A program made the translations under genes and the position numbers. 64,000 nt of DNA from Thermoplasmata archaeon (GTDB lineage Archaea > Thermoplasmatota > Thermoplasmata > UBA10834). The notes below the pieces were generated by a model that was not told the DNA's origin, made no database searches, and saw only the letters and a list, made by a program, of their open reading frames with translations. How positions within the stretch are numbered: the first letter of the stretch is position 1; the number at the start of each line of letters is the position of its first letter. Below, in pieces: positions 45,996-55,061 of this stretch. The stretch lies in the NCBI GenBank assembly GCA_035529455.1, contig DATKWQ010000063.1:1274-65273 (forward strand), in the 5' to 3' direction.

Positions 45996-46951
45996 AACAA
46001 GTGCTCGTCCGTGAGCCTCGCTGCCCCTCCGACGCCACATCTCATTGTTCCCATGCCTAGTGATTTGATTCTCTCCTCAACGATGCCTGCATTGTCCATA
46101 TCTGTGTTGATGTAGACAGTCGCGCCTGTGTCGATCGAGAAGTGCGCTGGCACCCCTTCAGATCTCATTTTCTTGACTTCCAGAATGACCTTCACGGTCT
46201 CCGGGCGCCACAGTATCAGCTCATCTGTGCCCGTCATCGTGATGCCGTGGAGTATGAGGGAGTCCTTCTCCGCGATCTCCCCTATCCGTTGAATATCCCT
46301 TCGCTTGATGGCACTCTTCATCTCGGCGAGGGCGCCATGCACATATGCCAATCGAGAATGGAAGAACGGTGACCCGATGACGTCCCTGTGGGCGTCATCT
46401 GTTGATTTGTATGCGGGAACCAGCGCGACGACTATCCCCATCTGGAAGTCCTCCGACGCTATCTGATGGGAGAATGAATCCTCATCGTCATGGCCCGTCG
46501 TCCACAGAGAGAACGCGCCGGTCACCGATCTCGCAGCGGAGCCCGCGCCTCTTCTGGCTATTGTTGATATCTCCTCAAGCGACAATTCGAGGCCTGCCGC
46601 GTCGCATGCGGCTACCGCAAGCGCCGCAAAGCCCGACGCTGATGCCCCCAGGCCGATGTTCGAAGGGAAGTTGTTCCGCGACTCCATCTTGAACCTCTCG
46701 GTGACACCGCTCCTTGCCCGAATCTCGTCAACAACCGCCAGTATCCTCTCAAGTCCCACACCTGACATGGACGCCCCATCGACCGACGCCGTGTCTTCCT
46801 CGAAGTCGCCGAACTCCACTGTTGTGTGCGTCTCAGTGGGCTTAGTGGCCACTGATATTGAGTCATGGAATGGTATTCTCAGCTTCTCATTCTTGAGCCC
46901 GTGATACTTCACTAGACCCTGAATCGGATGTGACTTCGCCGATGATTTCAT
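45992..46951 (-). CDS. mevalonate-pathway decarboxylase family protein (GHMP kinase fold, MVD homologue)
   Basis: PIQGLVKYHGLKN N-terminus. GHMP motif PSNIGLGASASGFAALAVA. SIDTGATVY near the C-terminus. Confidence 0.75.
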   Translation of the reverse strand: MKSSAKSHPIQGLVKYHGLKNEKLRIPFHDSISVATKPTETHTTVEFGDFEEDTASVDGASMSGVGLERILAVVDEIRARSGVTERFKMESRNNFPSNIGLGASASGFAALAVAACDAAGLELSLEEISTIARRGAGSAARSVTGAFSLWTTGHDDEDSFSHQIASEDFQMGIVVALVPAYKSTDDAHRDVIGSPFFHSRLAYVHGALAEMKSAIKRRDIQRIGEIAEKDSLILHGITMTGTDELILWRPETVKVILEVKKMRSEGVPAHFSIDTGATVYINTDMDNAGIVEERIKSLGMGTMRCGVGGAARLTDEHLF

Positions 46952-46962
46952 AGACTGACACC

Positions 46963-47367
46963 TCAGACATCCAACAGAACGACTATCCGGCGCTGTTCAT
47001 CGTCAATATTCAGACCGTGGTACGTTACACCCTTGACCACCGCTCTCTTCTGATGACGAGACTGATCGAATTCCTCACCCCTCGCAACTGCTTCCAACGA
47101 CCCATTTCGAATATGGACTTCGAACTCACCAAAGACTAGATTCTGCGTGTCGTGGAGATACAGCAGCTCTTGAAGGAAATCGACCAACAACCTCTCATTC
47201 GTATCCGCCTCGATGGAGATAGTGATTTCGCCGACGGGGCGCACGACGCTCGCGTCGGTGATCTGGTCGAACATCGCGTAGGCAGCGTTCGCGAACCGCT
47301 CTGAGAGCGTTTCGCCGTACGACTCGATCAGTGCATCGGCAGTATGATCCAGCAGGCGATACCTCAT
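46963..47367 (-). CDS. archease
   Basis: MRYRLLDHTADALIESYGETLSERF...VKGVTYHGL is the typical archease pattern. Confidence 0.8.
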   Translation of the reverse strand: MRYRLLDHTADALIESYGETLSERFANAAYAMFDQITDASVVRPVGEITISIEADTNERLLVDFLQELLYLHDTQNLVFGEFEVHIRNGSLEAVARGEEFDQSRHQKRAVVKGVTYHGLNIDDEQRRIVVLLDV

Positions 47368-47394
47368 CGACCTTACAGAACCGTTGTCGGTATA

Positions 47395-48090
47395 TCAAGC
47401 CTGTGCCTTTGGACTGTCGCGATTGTGGTTGCACAACTCTGACAGGATACAGTCCTTGCACAGTGGTGTCCTTGGCCTGCATGTTCGCCGGCCATGTTCT
47501 ATGAGATTGAGATGCATGCTGTAGTACGCACTCGGATGAACGAGACGACTGAGCTCCTTCTGGGCGCCCTCTCTGGAAGAGCGGTCGTCGACAAGGCCGA
47601 GGCGCTTCGACACCCTGAAAACATGAGTGTCAACAGGAAACGCGGGCATTCCAAAAGAGAATAGGAGGACGATGGCGGCTGTCTTCGGACCGACGCCATC
47701 AATGGAAGCGAGCCATGCCTCGGCCTCCTCTGGTGTCATGCCCACAATGAAGTCCAATGTGATCTTCCCATGCTCTGACTTCAGCCGCCTCAACGCCCCA
47801 ATAATCCTCTTCGCCTTGATCTCAGCGAGGCCTCCTGAACGTATGATGGCTGCCACAGTCTCGGGGGGCACGTCGATCATCTCTTCCCAGTCGGGGTATC
47901 GGTGCTTGAGAGCGGAGAACGCCCTGCCGGAGTTCACGTCAGTCGTGTTCTGCGAGAGTATCGTCTCCACAAGTGTGTCAACTGGATCTTCGTCGCCGGA
48001 CCTCTTCTTGAGGCCATATGAACGCGTCAGGAGGGAATTCACCTCCTTGGCCTTTCTCTCAGTCGATTTCGCTGACCGGCGATTACTCAT
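47395..48090 (-). CDS. nth: endonuclease III (HhH-GPD DNA glycosylase/lyase)
   Basis: HhH IDGVGPKTAAIVLLFSFGMPAFPVDTHVFRV. 4Fe-4S cluster loop CRPRTPLCKDCILSELC. Confidence 0.9.
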   Translation of the reverse strand: MSNRRSAKSTERKAKEVNSLLTRSYGLKKRSGDEDPVDTLVETILSQNTTDVNSGRAFSALKHRYPDWEEMIDVPPETVAAIIRSGGLAEIKAKRIIGALRRLKSEHGKITLDFIVGMTPEEAEAWLASIDGVGPKTAAIVLLFSFGMPAFPVDTHVFRVSKRLGLVDDRSSREGAQKELSRLVHPSAYYSMHLNLIEHGRRTCRPRTPLCKDCILSELCNHNRDSPKAQA

Positions 48091-48313
48091 CTCCTACCAA
48101 CCTATGATTATATACACCCTATCAAATTATATTCCTGGTGGTGGGGTTCAGTGTGCAACCACAATCGCGGTTCATCTCGTGACCTGTGAACGGTCGCTCA
48201 TACTCCAAGGCCCTTTAGCCGAACGAACATGTGCGCTCTCAGAGAAAAAGCATGCGGAGAAAAGGGAAGGCAGATTGAGAGTATCCATGCCAATGTCAAG
48301 TAGGGGAGCAAGG

Positions 48314-48321
48314 ATTTATAT
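48314..48321 (+). promoter_or_regulatory. TATA box about 26 nt upstream of the nadX GTG start (leaderless)
   Basis: The sequence atttatat, with GTG at 48344. Confidence 0.4.
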
Positions 48322-48343
48322 TGAGCTTCACAATCAATTCACC

Positions 48344-49150
48344 GTGAATATATGCGTCATTGGTTGCGGCGCCATCGGCGCAGCAATCGCGCGGGGGATG
48401 GAGAACGTCTCCAACGTAGACACGGTGTACCTGACTGATAGGTCTCAGGAATGCGCAACCAGGCTGCAGGAGAAGCTCACGAAGGTGTGCTATGTCCCTG
48501 ACATCGTACCGATAATGAACGACATTGAGCTAGTCGTTGAGGCCGCGAGCCAGGAGGCCGCGCGACACTATGTACCGTTGGCCCTGTCCGCCGGGGTTGA
48601 CGTCCTAATCATGAGCGTCGGCGTGTTGCATGACGAGGAATTCCAGGCTGATGCTTTCAGACTTGCGAAGCGCAAAGGTGCGAAAGTGTATGTTCCAAGC
48701 GGAGCTGTGGGCGGAATCGACGCCTTATCCGCAGCTATACTGGAAGAGATGGAGGAGGTCCTGCTCACCACGACCAAGCCCCCATCGGCTTTCGGAGACA
48801 ACCAGTACCTGGCTTCCAGGGGAATCATCCCGTCGGAAGTCCGGGTTAGGACGGAGCTGTTCGAAGGGTCGGCGCGGGAGGCGGTCAAACACTTCCCGCA
48901 GAACATCAACGTGGCGGCGACAATCGCACTCGCTGGAATAGGCTTCGAAAAGACCAGAATCAAGATAGTCTGCGATCCCCAGGTCAGGACGAACGAGCAC
49001 CATCTGCAGGCCAGAGGACGATTCGGTGAGCTTGACGTGATCACCAGGAACCTGCCTTCACCTAGGAACCCCAAGACGAGCTACTTGGCAGCGATGTCCG
49101 CGATATCGGCCATAAAGAAGATCACAGGGTCGATTTGGATAGGCGCATGA
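48344..49150 (+). CDS. nadX: L-aspartate dehydrogenase
   Basis: Rossmann N-terminus VNICVIGCGAIGAAIARG. C-terminal NLPSPRNPKTSYLAAMSAISAIKK. The upstream 239 codons of the 507-aa track ORF are antisense to nth and are rejected. Confidence 0.8.
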   Translation: MNICVIGCGAIGAAIARGMENVSNVDTVYLTDRSQECATRLQEKLTKVCYVPDIVPIMNDIELVVEAASQEAARHYVPLALSAGVDVLIMSVGVLHDEEFQADAFRLAKRKGAKVYVPSGAVGGIDALSAAILEEMEEVLLTTTKPPSAFGDNQYLASRGIIPSEVRVRTELFEGSAREAVKHFPQNINVAATIALAGIGFEKTRIKIVCDPQVRTNEHHLQARGRFGELDVITRNLPSPRNPKTSYLAAMSAISAIKKITGSIWIGA

Positions 49151-49175
49151 GCCGCATCATTTCTTTATATGCTCA

Positions 49176-50288
49176 GTGTCATTCCAAGCGCGTGATCTCT
49201 TGGCAACCAGGGAGAAGGCCATATTCTCGAACATGAAGGACGATATCGATGCAGTCGTTCTAATGAACGCTGTTGAGCCAAACCTGGACTCGTGCTTCTT
49301 CTACGCCACCGGAATTGTGAACGGACTCTTCGAGGGCTGTGTGGCAATAGTAGAGCCTAAGAGAACTGAGGTTCTCACTTCGGAACTGGAGGCCCTAAGT
49401 GCCTCTGAAGCAGGAGTCAAGACGACCGCCTTCGAAAACGGGCAAGAGTCCATGAGATTGATGACCAGGAAACTCTCACGATTCTCCACCATCGGCATAA
49501 ACTCAAGCGAGCTCACCGTCTCCAATCAAAAGAAAATCAAGAAGGCCTCGAAGGGAGCGAAACTGGTGGACGTGTCACATGAGCTATACAAATGTCGCAT
49601 GATCAAACAGCCGGACGAGCTTGCCAGGACCAGGAAGGCGTGCTCGATAGCCTCGAGAACGGGCGAGGCGATACCTGAGATTGTCGAAGAGGGTATGACG
49701 GAGACCGAGGTTGCGGCGGAATTGTGTTATCGTATGATGAGACTCGGTGCGGCCGCCACCGCCTTTAACTCGGTCGTTGCATTCGGATCCAAGAGTGCGG
49801 AACCCCACTACTCACCTTCGTCGACGAGACGATTGAAGAACGGACAGTTCGCCCTGTTCGACTTCGGCGCGTCATATAGACGTTATGTCTCAGATATGAC
49901 GCGGACCTTCGTGTGTGGCTCGGCAACAAGGCGACAGCTGAAGATGCATGAGACAGTCCTAAGAGCTCAGGAGGCCGCTATCGACGCAATCTCCGATGGC
50001 GCGAGCGGGGCGACAGTTGACGGAGCTGCTAGGACCATCATAGACGGAAGCGAGTTTAGGGGACGGTTCATTCACAGCACGGGCCATGGTCTTGGCATAT
50101 CAGTACATGACCCTGGATCAATATCGTCGGCGAGAGACATGACCCTCAGGGAGGGAATGGTCCTCACGGTTGAACCTGGCATCTACATCAAGGGATACGG
50201 CGGGGTGAGAATAGAGGATGATATCCTCGTCACGAAGAGGGGTTGCCAGGTCCTCACGTCCTGCCCGAAGGAGCTTATCGCCATCTAG
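49176..50288 (+). CDS. M24 family Xaa-Pro dipeptidase/aminopeptidase
   Basis: Metal ligand blocks DFGASYRRYVSDMTRTF, HSTGHGLGISVHD, LTVEPGIY and VRIEDD. An alternative ATG start lies at 49233, downstream of a tttctttatat box. Confidence 0.85.
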   Translation: MSFQARDLLATREKAIFSNMKDDIDAVVLMNAVEPNLDSCFFYATGIVNGLFEGCVAIVEPKRTEVLTSELEALSASEAGVKTTAFENGQESMRLMTRKLSRFSTIGINSSELTVSNQKKIKKASKGAKLVDVSHELYKCRMIKQPDELARTRKACSIASRTGEAIPEIVEEGMTETEVAAELCYRMMRLGAAATAFNSVVAFGSKSAEPHYSPSSTRRLKNGQFALFDFGASYRRYVSDMTRTFVCGSATRRQLKMHETVLRAQEAAIDAISDGASGATVDGAARTIIDGSEFRGRFIHSTGHGLGISVHDPGSISSARDMTLREGMVLTVEPGIYIKGYGGVRIEDDILVTKRGCQVLTSCPKELIAI

Positions 50289-50710
50289 ACAACAGAGGGC
50301 AGTCCTAGGTCGAAGAGATGGTCTGAGAGCGCCTCGATAATGAATATCAGCGACACACCTATCAGCGATATGACTATCGATGCAAGCCAGTCGTCAGGGA
50401 CGGCGAGCTCTTCGACCATCACGAACCGCACAACCACGATGAGGAACACGAACGACAGCAACAGCATGAGGTTCGCGAGTCCTTGGTCTCTGCCCAAATC
50501 ACTCACCATGGGCACCACAAAAGCGAAGACCAAAGAGACGGCCAGCAATCGCAAGAAATAGGGCGGAGTCATAGCCCAGTCCTGAGCCACGATAGCCGCA
50601 CTCATATAGAACACGACAATCACGATGAGAATCGTGACGCACAGCAGGATTATGTCTGAAGCGTCCATGACAACACCATATGACTCATATTGTCTTATTC
50701 TTATCTTCAC
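50285..50710 (-). CDS. hypothetical integral membrane protein
   Basis: 141 aa with four hydrophobic helices. It has 4-nt overlaps with both neighbours. Confidence 0.5.
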   Translation of the reverse strand: MKIRIRQYESYGVVMDASDIILLCVTILIVIVVFYMSAAIVAQDWAMTPPYFLRLLAVSLVFAFVVPMVSDLGRDQGLANLMLLLSFVFLIVVVRFVMVEELAVPDDWLASIVISLIGVSLIFIIEALSDHLFDLGLPSVV

Positions 50711-51279
50711 CCGCGCTTCTGCCTAGGCATTGCGATTATCTCTCTTATCTCGAACTTGAAGAAATCATTGGCATGTGCTGGTCTGACGACGCAGGCCGTG
50801 TCCGCTCCTTCTCCGGTCCCACCGATCACGACAATCTCCTCATCGCCGCATCTGATGGCTCCGCTGTCTGCGGCTATCACAGTAATCTCTACGCAGACCT
50901 TCATTCCCTGTCCGAAGAGTGTGCGCAGGGTCTCTGACACGACCTCGACTCTGGAAACCCCTCCGAACTTCTTCGTGAAAGACCTCTCAATACCAGACAG
51001 TACGTGAGAAGCCCTAACCAGCTTGGCACCCGAGCGTTCGATCTTCGCCTCATTGCCGGAATCCATGTCCAACATGCCCTCGCCCGAGAAGCCCGCATGC
51101 GATGTCACAACAACGATATTCGAACACGGATCAGACCATCTCTCGATCGCCTTCAATGCCGTCTCCCCTGAGTTGCTGGCAATCACAATTGTCTTTATCC
51201 CTGTTCTATCCAGACATAGCGACACTGCATCCATGAGTTCCTCAGTGTTCTTCTTCCCAGGTCGCTCGAAGTAGGTCAT
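50707..51279 (-). CDS. pyruvate kinase C-terminal (alpha/beta) domain-like protein
   Basis: MTYFERPGKKNTEELMDAV...IKTIVIASNSGETALKAIE matches the stand-alone PK_C-like family. Confidence 0.55.
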   Translation of the reverse strand: MTYFERPGKKNTEELMDAVSLCLDRTGIKTIVIASNSGETALKAIERWSDPCSNIVVVTSHAGFSGEGMLDMDSGNEAKIERSGAKLVRASHVLSGIERSFTKKFGGVSRVEVVSETLRTLFGQGMKVCVEITVIAADSGAIRCGDEEIVVIGGTGEGADTACVVRPAHANDFFKFEIREIIAMPRQKRG

Positions 51280-51398
51280 CTCCACGGCGGACATTGCATT
51301 CTCCGGCATAAAATACGCGTATTTCGAATAAAAATGTTGTGACGGAGATGGATACTGAATAGAAAACGCTTATCTACGCCAATCCAATTCAAGTAGAC

Positions 51399-52406
51399 GT
51401 GGCGATATTCTTCAACGAACGGTTCTGCGACCACGTACAGACACCGTTCCACCCTGAATCTCCAGAACGTCTGAGAGGCATAGTCAGGAAGCTCAGACAG
51501 CACAATCTCTGGAATGATGTCGTTACATCTGAAATCGTTGACCCAGCCAACCTCAGACTGGTCCATGAAGAGGGCTACATCAAACTCATAGAGGATTGTG
51601 ACGAAGGCGGCCTCACGATGGAGACTGCGATCCACCCCGAAACCTACGAAATAGCCGTCCTCTCCGCTCAGTGTGGTATAGACGCTGCGGTTCATTCGAG
51701 GGAGAAGGGGACCGCGACTTTTGCGCTCACCAGACCACCGGGCCATCACGCCGGGCCAGACTACGGCATGGGGTTCTGCTACTTCAACAACATCGCGATC
51801 GCCGCAGAACACCTCCTAAGAGAAGGTGACGGCAAAATCGCGATAGTAGACATGGACGTCCATCACGGCAACGGGACTGAACACGTGTTCGGGGAGCGCG
51901 CTGAAGTCCTGTACTTATCGACTCACCAGTCTGGCATATTCCCAGGGACCGGGAGCGTGGAGTTTCTAGGAAAGGGCGACGGGGAAGGGTTCAACATCAA
52001 TCTGCCGTTCGCAGCTGGATGCGGTGATTCCACATACGATCTCGCGTACTCGAAAGTCATCGTACCGATCCTGAAGCAGTTCAAACCGGACGCGATACTC
52101 GTGTCTTTTGGAGGAGACGGCCACTACAGGGACCCACTTGCTTCGCTCAGCCTCTCATCGGACGCCCATCTTAGGACTGCAAAAGAGCTGCTGAAGGTCT
52201 CCGAGGAATGCGGGAATCGCATTTCATTCTTCCTGGAAGGCGGATACGATGTGCCCGCACTATCAGAGGTCGTCGCGGCCATCGTCGGAGCAATGGACGG
52301 GGTCGATTTCCCCCTTGAGTTCACCGACATCATGGACAACAGTTGCCTCGGCAGAGGCATGATCGAAAGGTGCGCCAGGAACGCGTCCGAGTACTGGGAC
52401 CTATAG
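51399..52406 (+). CDS. histone deacetylase-family amidohydrolase (AcuC/Aph-like)
   Basis: RPPGHHA and VDMDVHHGNGTE, with GGDGH near the C-terminal part. GTG start. Confidence 0.85.
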   Translation: MAIFFNERFCDHVQTPFHPESPERLRGIVRKLRQHNLWNDVVTSEIVDPANLRLVHEEGYIKLIEDCDEGGLTMETAIHPETYEIAVLSAQCGIDAAVHSREKGTATFALTRPPGHHAGPDYGMGFCYFNNIAIAAEHLLREGDGKIAIVDMDVHHGNGTEHVFGERAEVLYLSTHQSGIFPGTGSVEFLGKGDGEGFNINLPFAAGCGDSTYDLAYSKVIVPILKQFKPDAILVSFGGDGHYRDPLASLSLSSDAHLRTAKELLKVSEECGNRISFFLEGGYDVPALSEVVAAIVGAMDGVDFPLEFTDIMDNSCLGRGMIERCARNASEYWDL

Positions 52407-53558
52407 ATTTGTCTTCCTCTTACGGGCCGCCAGCTGTTTCTCGTGGTCCTTCCTGATGTTCTTCTCCATCATGTCGAGCACGGTATCCAGCGACCTGAAA
52501 AGATTCCAGTCGCTTCCTTTTGAGTAGTGCATACCTTTGTCGGTCGTCAACCTGGCGCCTATGCTGTACTTGTTCTTGAGCCCGTCCTGGTGGTAGGCAG
52601 TCACGTGCACAGAGAACACCTTCGGTGACTGGATCTTGTCGATACGCTTCATCGACTTGCCGATTAGCTCGTACATCGTCTCGTACACCTCTGGATCCTC
52701 GGCGTCCAGTCCGGTAATCTGCACATGGACCCCCTCTTGTGGCCTGAGGCTGATGACGTGCTCCATGATATCTGTCTGAGATATCACGCCGACGAGCTTG
52801 CCCTCGTCCGAGACGAAGACGGTCGACAGGTTCTTGGACATCATAATCGAGATCGCCTTGCTCAGAGTGTCATCCCGTGCCACGTTCACTGGGTTCCGGT
52901 TCATGACACTCCCGACTCTGACATCAGCGGGCTCTCTGGCACCTCTCACTTCGTTTGGCGGCTTCGAGGCCCGAGGGGACCAGACGACGTCCATGATCTC
53001 AGTCATCCCTATCGCGCCAATGAGGTTCACTTCCTCATCGATGACTGGCAGAGTCTTCTCATTGAGCCCCTTCATCAGAATCTGGGCCTTCCTGACCGGC
53101 TCTTCCTTGGTCACCGAGACGGGGGTCTTGCTCATCAATGAGTCCACCCTCATCCCCTTGAGCTCGTCCATGTCTGAGAGGACACGGATGATATCTGTCC
53201 TCGACACGAAGCCGACGAGCTTGTTGTTCCGGACTACAGGAGCGCCTCTTACACCGGTCGACATAAGCTCCTCTGCGGCGCTGATTATCGTCATGTCCTC
53301 TTCCAGCCTTGGGCACGGTACCATTATGTGCTCCACTTTGGCCGATAGTGGGAGGTTCCTCCGTGACAACAGAGAGTAATAACTCACAAGGCCGAGGGGC
53401 TTGCCGTTCTCAAGAACGGGTATCTCCCTGACGCGTCCCTTCTTCATCCTCGAGATGACATCGGAAACCGTCTCCCCTTTGTTCACAGTCATTCTTGGGG
53501 TGCCCATAACATCCTTCACGAGCAGCCTACTTATCTCGGTGGCCTTCAATTCAGACAC
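52401..53558 (-). CDS. four-CBS-domain protein fused to an HPF/RaiA (S30AE)-like C-terminal domain
   Basis: Four CBS repeats (VKDVMGTPRMTV..., VEHIMVPCPRL..., VDSLMSKTPVSV..., VGSVMNRNPVNV...). The C-terminal ~105 aa, VHVQITGLDAEDPEVYETMYELIGKSMKRIDKI...FSVHVTAY...KYSIGARLTTDKGMHYSKGSDWNLFRSLDTVLDMMEKNIRKDHEK, follow the beta-alpha-beta-beta-beta-alpha pattern of hibernation factors. Confidence 0.7.
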   Translation of the reverse strand: MSELKATEISRLLVKDVMGTPRMTVNKGETVSDVISRMKKGRVREIPVLENGKPLGLVSYYSLLSRRNLPLSAKVEHIMVPCPRLEEDMTIISAAEELMSTGVRGAPVVRNNKLVGFVSRTDIIRVLSDMDELKGMRVDSLMSKTPVSVTKEEPVRKAQILMKGLNEKTLPVIDEEVNLIGAIGMTEIMDVVWSPRASKPPNEVRGAREPADVRVGSVMNRNPVNVARDDTLSKAISIMMSKNLSTVFVSDEGKLVGVISQTDIMEHVISLRPQEGVHVQITGLDAEDPEVYETMYELIGKSMKRIDKIQSPKVFSVHVTAYHQDGLKNKYSIGARLTTDKGMHYSKGSDWNLFRSLDTVLDMMEKNIRKDHEKQLAARKRKTNL

Positions 53559-53756
53559 ATCCTGGCAAACAGTAGCTGGAGAAACAGACCTGCCTGTTCA
53601 TGCTAGTAATCACCAATCACTCTACCGCTTCAAAATACTTTGCGTGCCTGGCGAGTCCGGACAGGCTTCGTCAATGATTTATATGCTATTCCCATTCCAG
53701 TAGTTGTCGGCGTTTCGACGCCGTAACCAACCGGAATAGCTGAATTGGGGGCTGGG

Positions 53757-55061
53757 ATGACGAATAGCAGACCGGAAGGCGCGAACGACATTGGTGATTC
53801 AGGCGACGGTGACGGAGACCCTTCGTCGTCTGGGTCGTCGCTCGGATTCCTGACGCTTGACGACTTCGACATAAGAGGGCGTAGGGTGCTTCTCAGGGTC
53901 GACATCAATTCGCCGATTGACGAAGTCTCACTCCGAATCGAGGACGGCTCCAAGATAGCTTCGGCGGTGCCGACTGTGAGGGAGCTGATCGACAGAGGAG
54001 GACGATTGGCCGTGCTCGCCCACCAAGGTAGACCCGGAGACTACGATTTCATCACGCTCAATGAACATGCTGACTACCTCAGTGCGTACACTGGCAGGAA
54101 GATAAGGTACGTGAATGACATCTTCGGCGACCGGGCAATCGCCTCGATAGACTCGCTCGGAGACGGGGAGTGCTTGCTCATGCAGAACGTCCGTAACTTC
54201 TCCGGTGAGCAGTTGAAGAAGTCGCCTGGTGAGCACGCGTCGTCTGACATGGTTTCCGCTCTCGCACCCCACTTCGACCTGTTCGTCAATGACGCATTCG
54301 CGTCATCCCACAGGTCCCATGCATCTCTGATAGGATTCACCGCTGTGCTTCCCTCCGCGGCTGGCAGGTTGATGGAGAAGGAAATGAGGGCCATGTCAGA
54401 TGTCGTTCAGAATCCAACAAGGCCTTCAACATTCATCTTCGGAGGCACCAAGTTCGTCGACGCCCTCTCCGTGATCAGAAAGCTGGCGGAGTCCGACCAT
54501 GTGGACAACATACTCGTGGCGGGATTGGCGGGTTTCGCGTACCAGATGATCCTTGGGAAGAAAGTCGGTTCGGGAACCGAGCGGATCGCCCTGAGAGACC
54601 TGTCTGAGAGCACTCGGGAAGGGGCGAAGGAACTGGTCAGAAAACACGCCAGGAAGATCACACTGCCGCTCGATGGGGCCGTTGCTGCCGATGGGATCCG
54701 GAAGGAGTATGATTTGGACGATATGCCTGATGACGCTGCGATAATGGACATCGGGTCCAAAACCATCTCGGCCTTCAGGGAGATCATACTACGGTCAAGG
54801 ACCATACTACTCTCAGGTCCACCGGGAGTATACGAACTCGAGGACTTCTCAAAGGGGACCCGTGAGGTCTTTGAGGCGATTGCGGCGGCTGATGCGTTCT
54901 CCGTGATAGGCGGGGGTCATTCCGGAGCGGCAGCCAACAAGATGGGCATGACCGACAGGTTCTCATACATAAGCACTGGCGGAGGCGCGATAGAGCGCAT
55001 GATCCTCGGTAAATCAATGCCTGTGGTCGAGGCGCTCAGAACCGCTGCCAAGAGAGTCTAG
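53757..55061 (+). CDS. pgk: phosphoglycerate kinase with low-complexity N-terminal extension
   Basis: LTLDDFDIRGRRVLLRVDINSPI N-terminal block and C-terminal STGGGAIERM. It is preceded by a ~30-aa Asp/Gly/Ser-rich extension. Confidence 0.85.
   Translation: MTNSRPEGANDIGDSGDGDGDPSSSGSSLGFLTLDDFDIRGRRVLLRVDINSPIDEVSLRIEDGSKIASAVPTVRELIDRGGRLAVLAHQGRPGDYDFITLNEHADYLSAYTGRKIRYVNDIFGDRAIASIDSLGDGECLLMQNVRNFSGEQLKKSPGEHASSDMVSALAPHFDLFVNDAFASSHRSHASLIGFTAVLPSAAGRLMEKEMRAMSDVVQNPTRPSTFIFGGTKFVDALSVIRKLAESDHVDNILVAGLAGFAYQMILGKKVGSGTERIALRDLSESTREGAKELVRKHARKITLPLDGAVAADGIRKEYDLDDMPDDAAIMDIGSKTISAFREIILRSRTILLSGPPGVYELEDFSKGTREVFEAIAAADAFSVIGGGHSGAAANKMGMTDRFSYISTGGGAIERMILGKSMPVVEALRTAAKRV

Noticed and set aside
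47627-48343. The N-terminal 239 codons of the 507-aa + strand ORF
   Set aside because: This part is antisense to endonuclease III (47395-48090) and has no motifs. The aspartate dehydrogenase homology begins at the Rossmann motif after GTG 48344, which is also correctly spaced from a TATA box.
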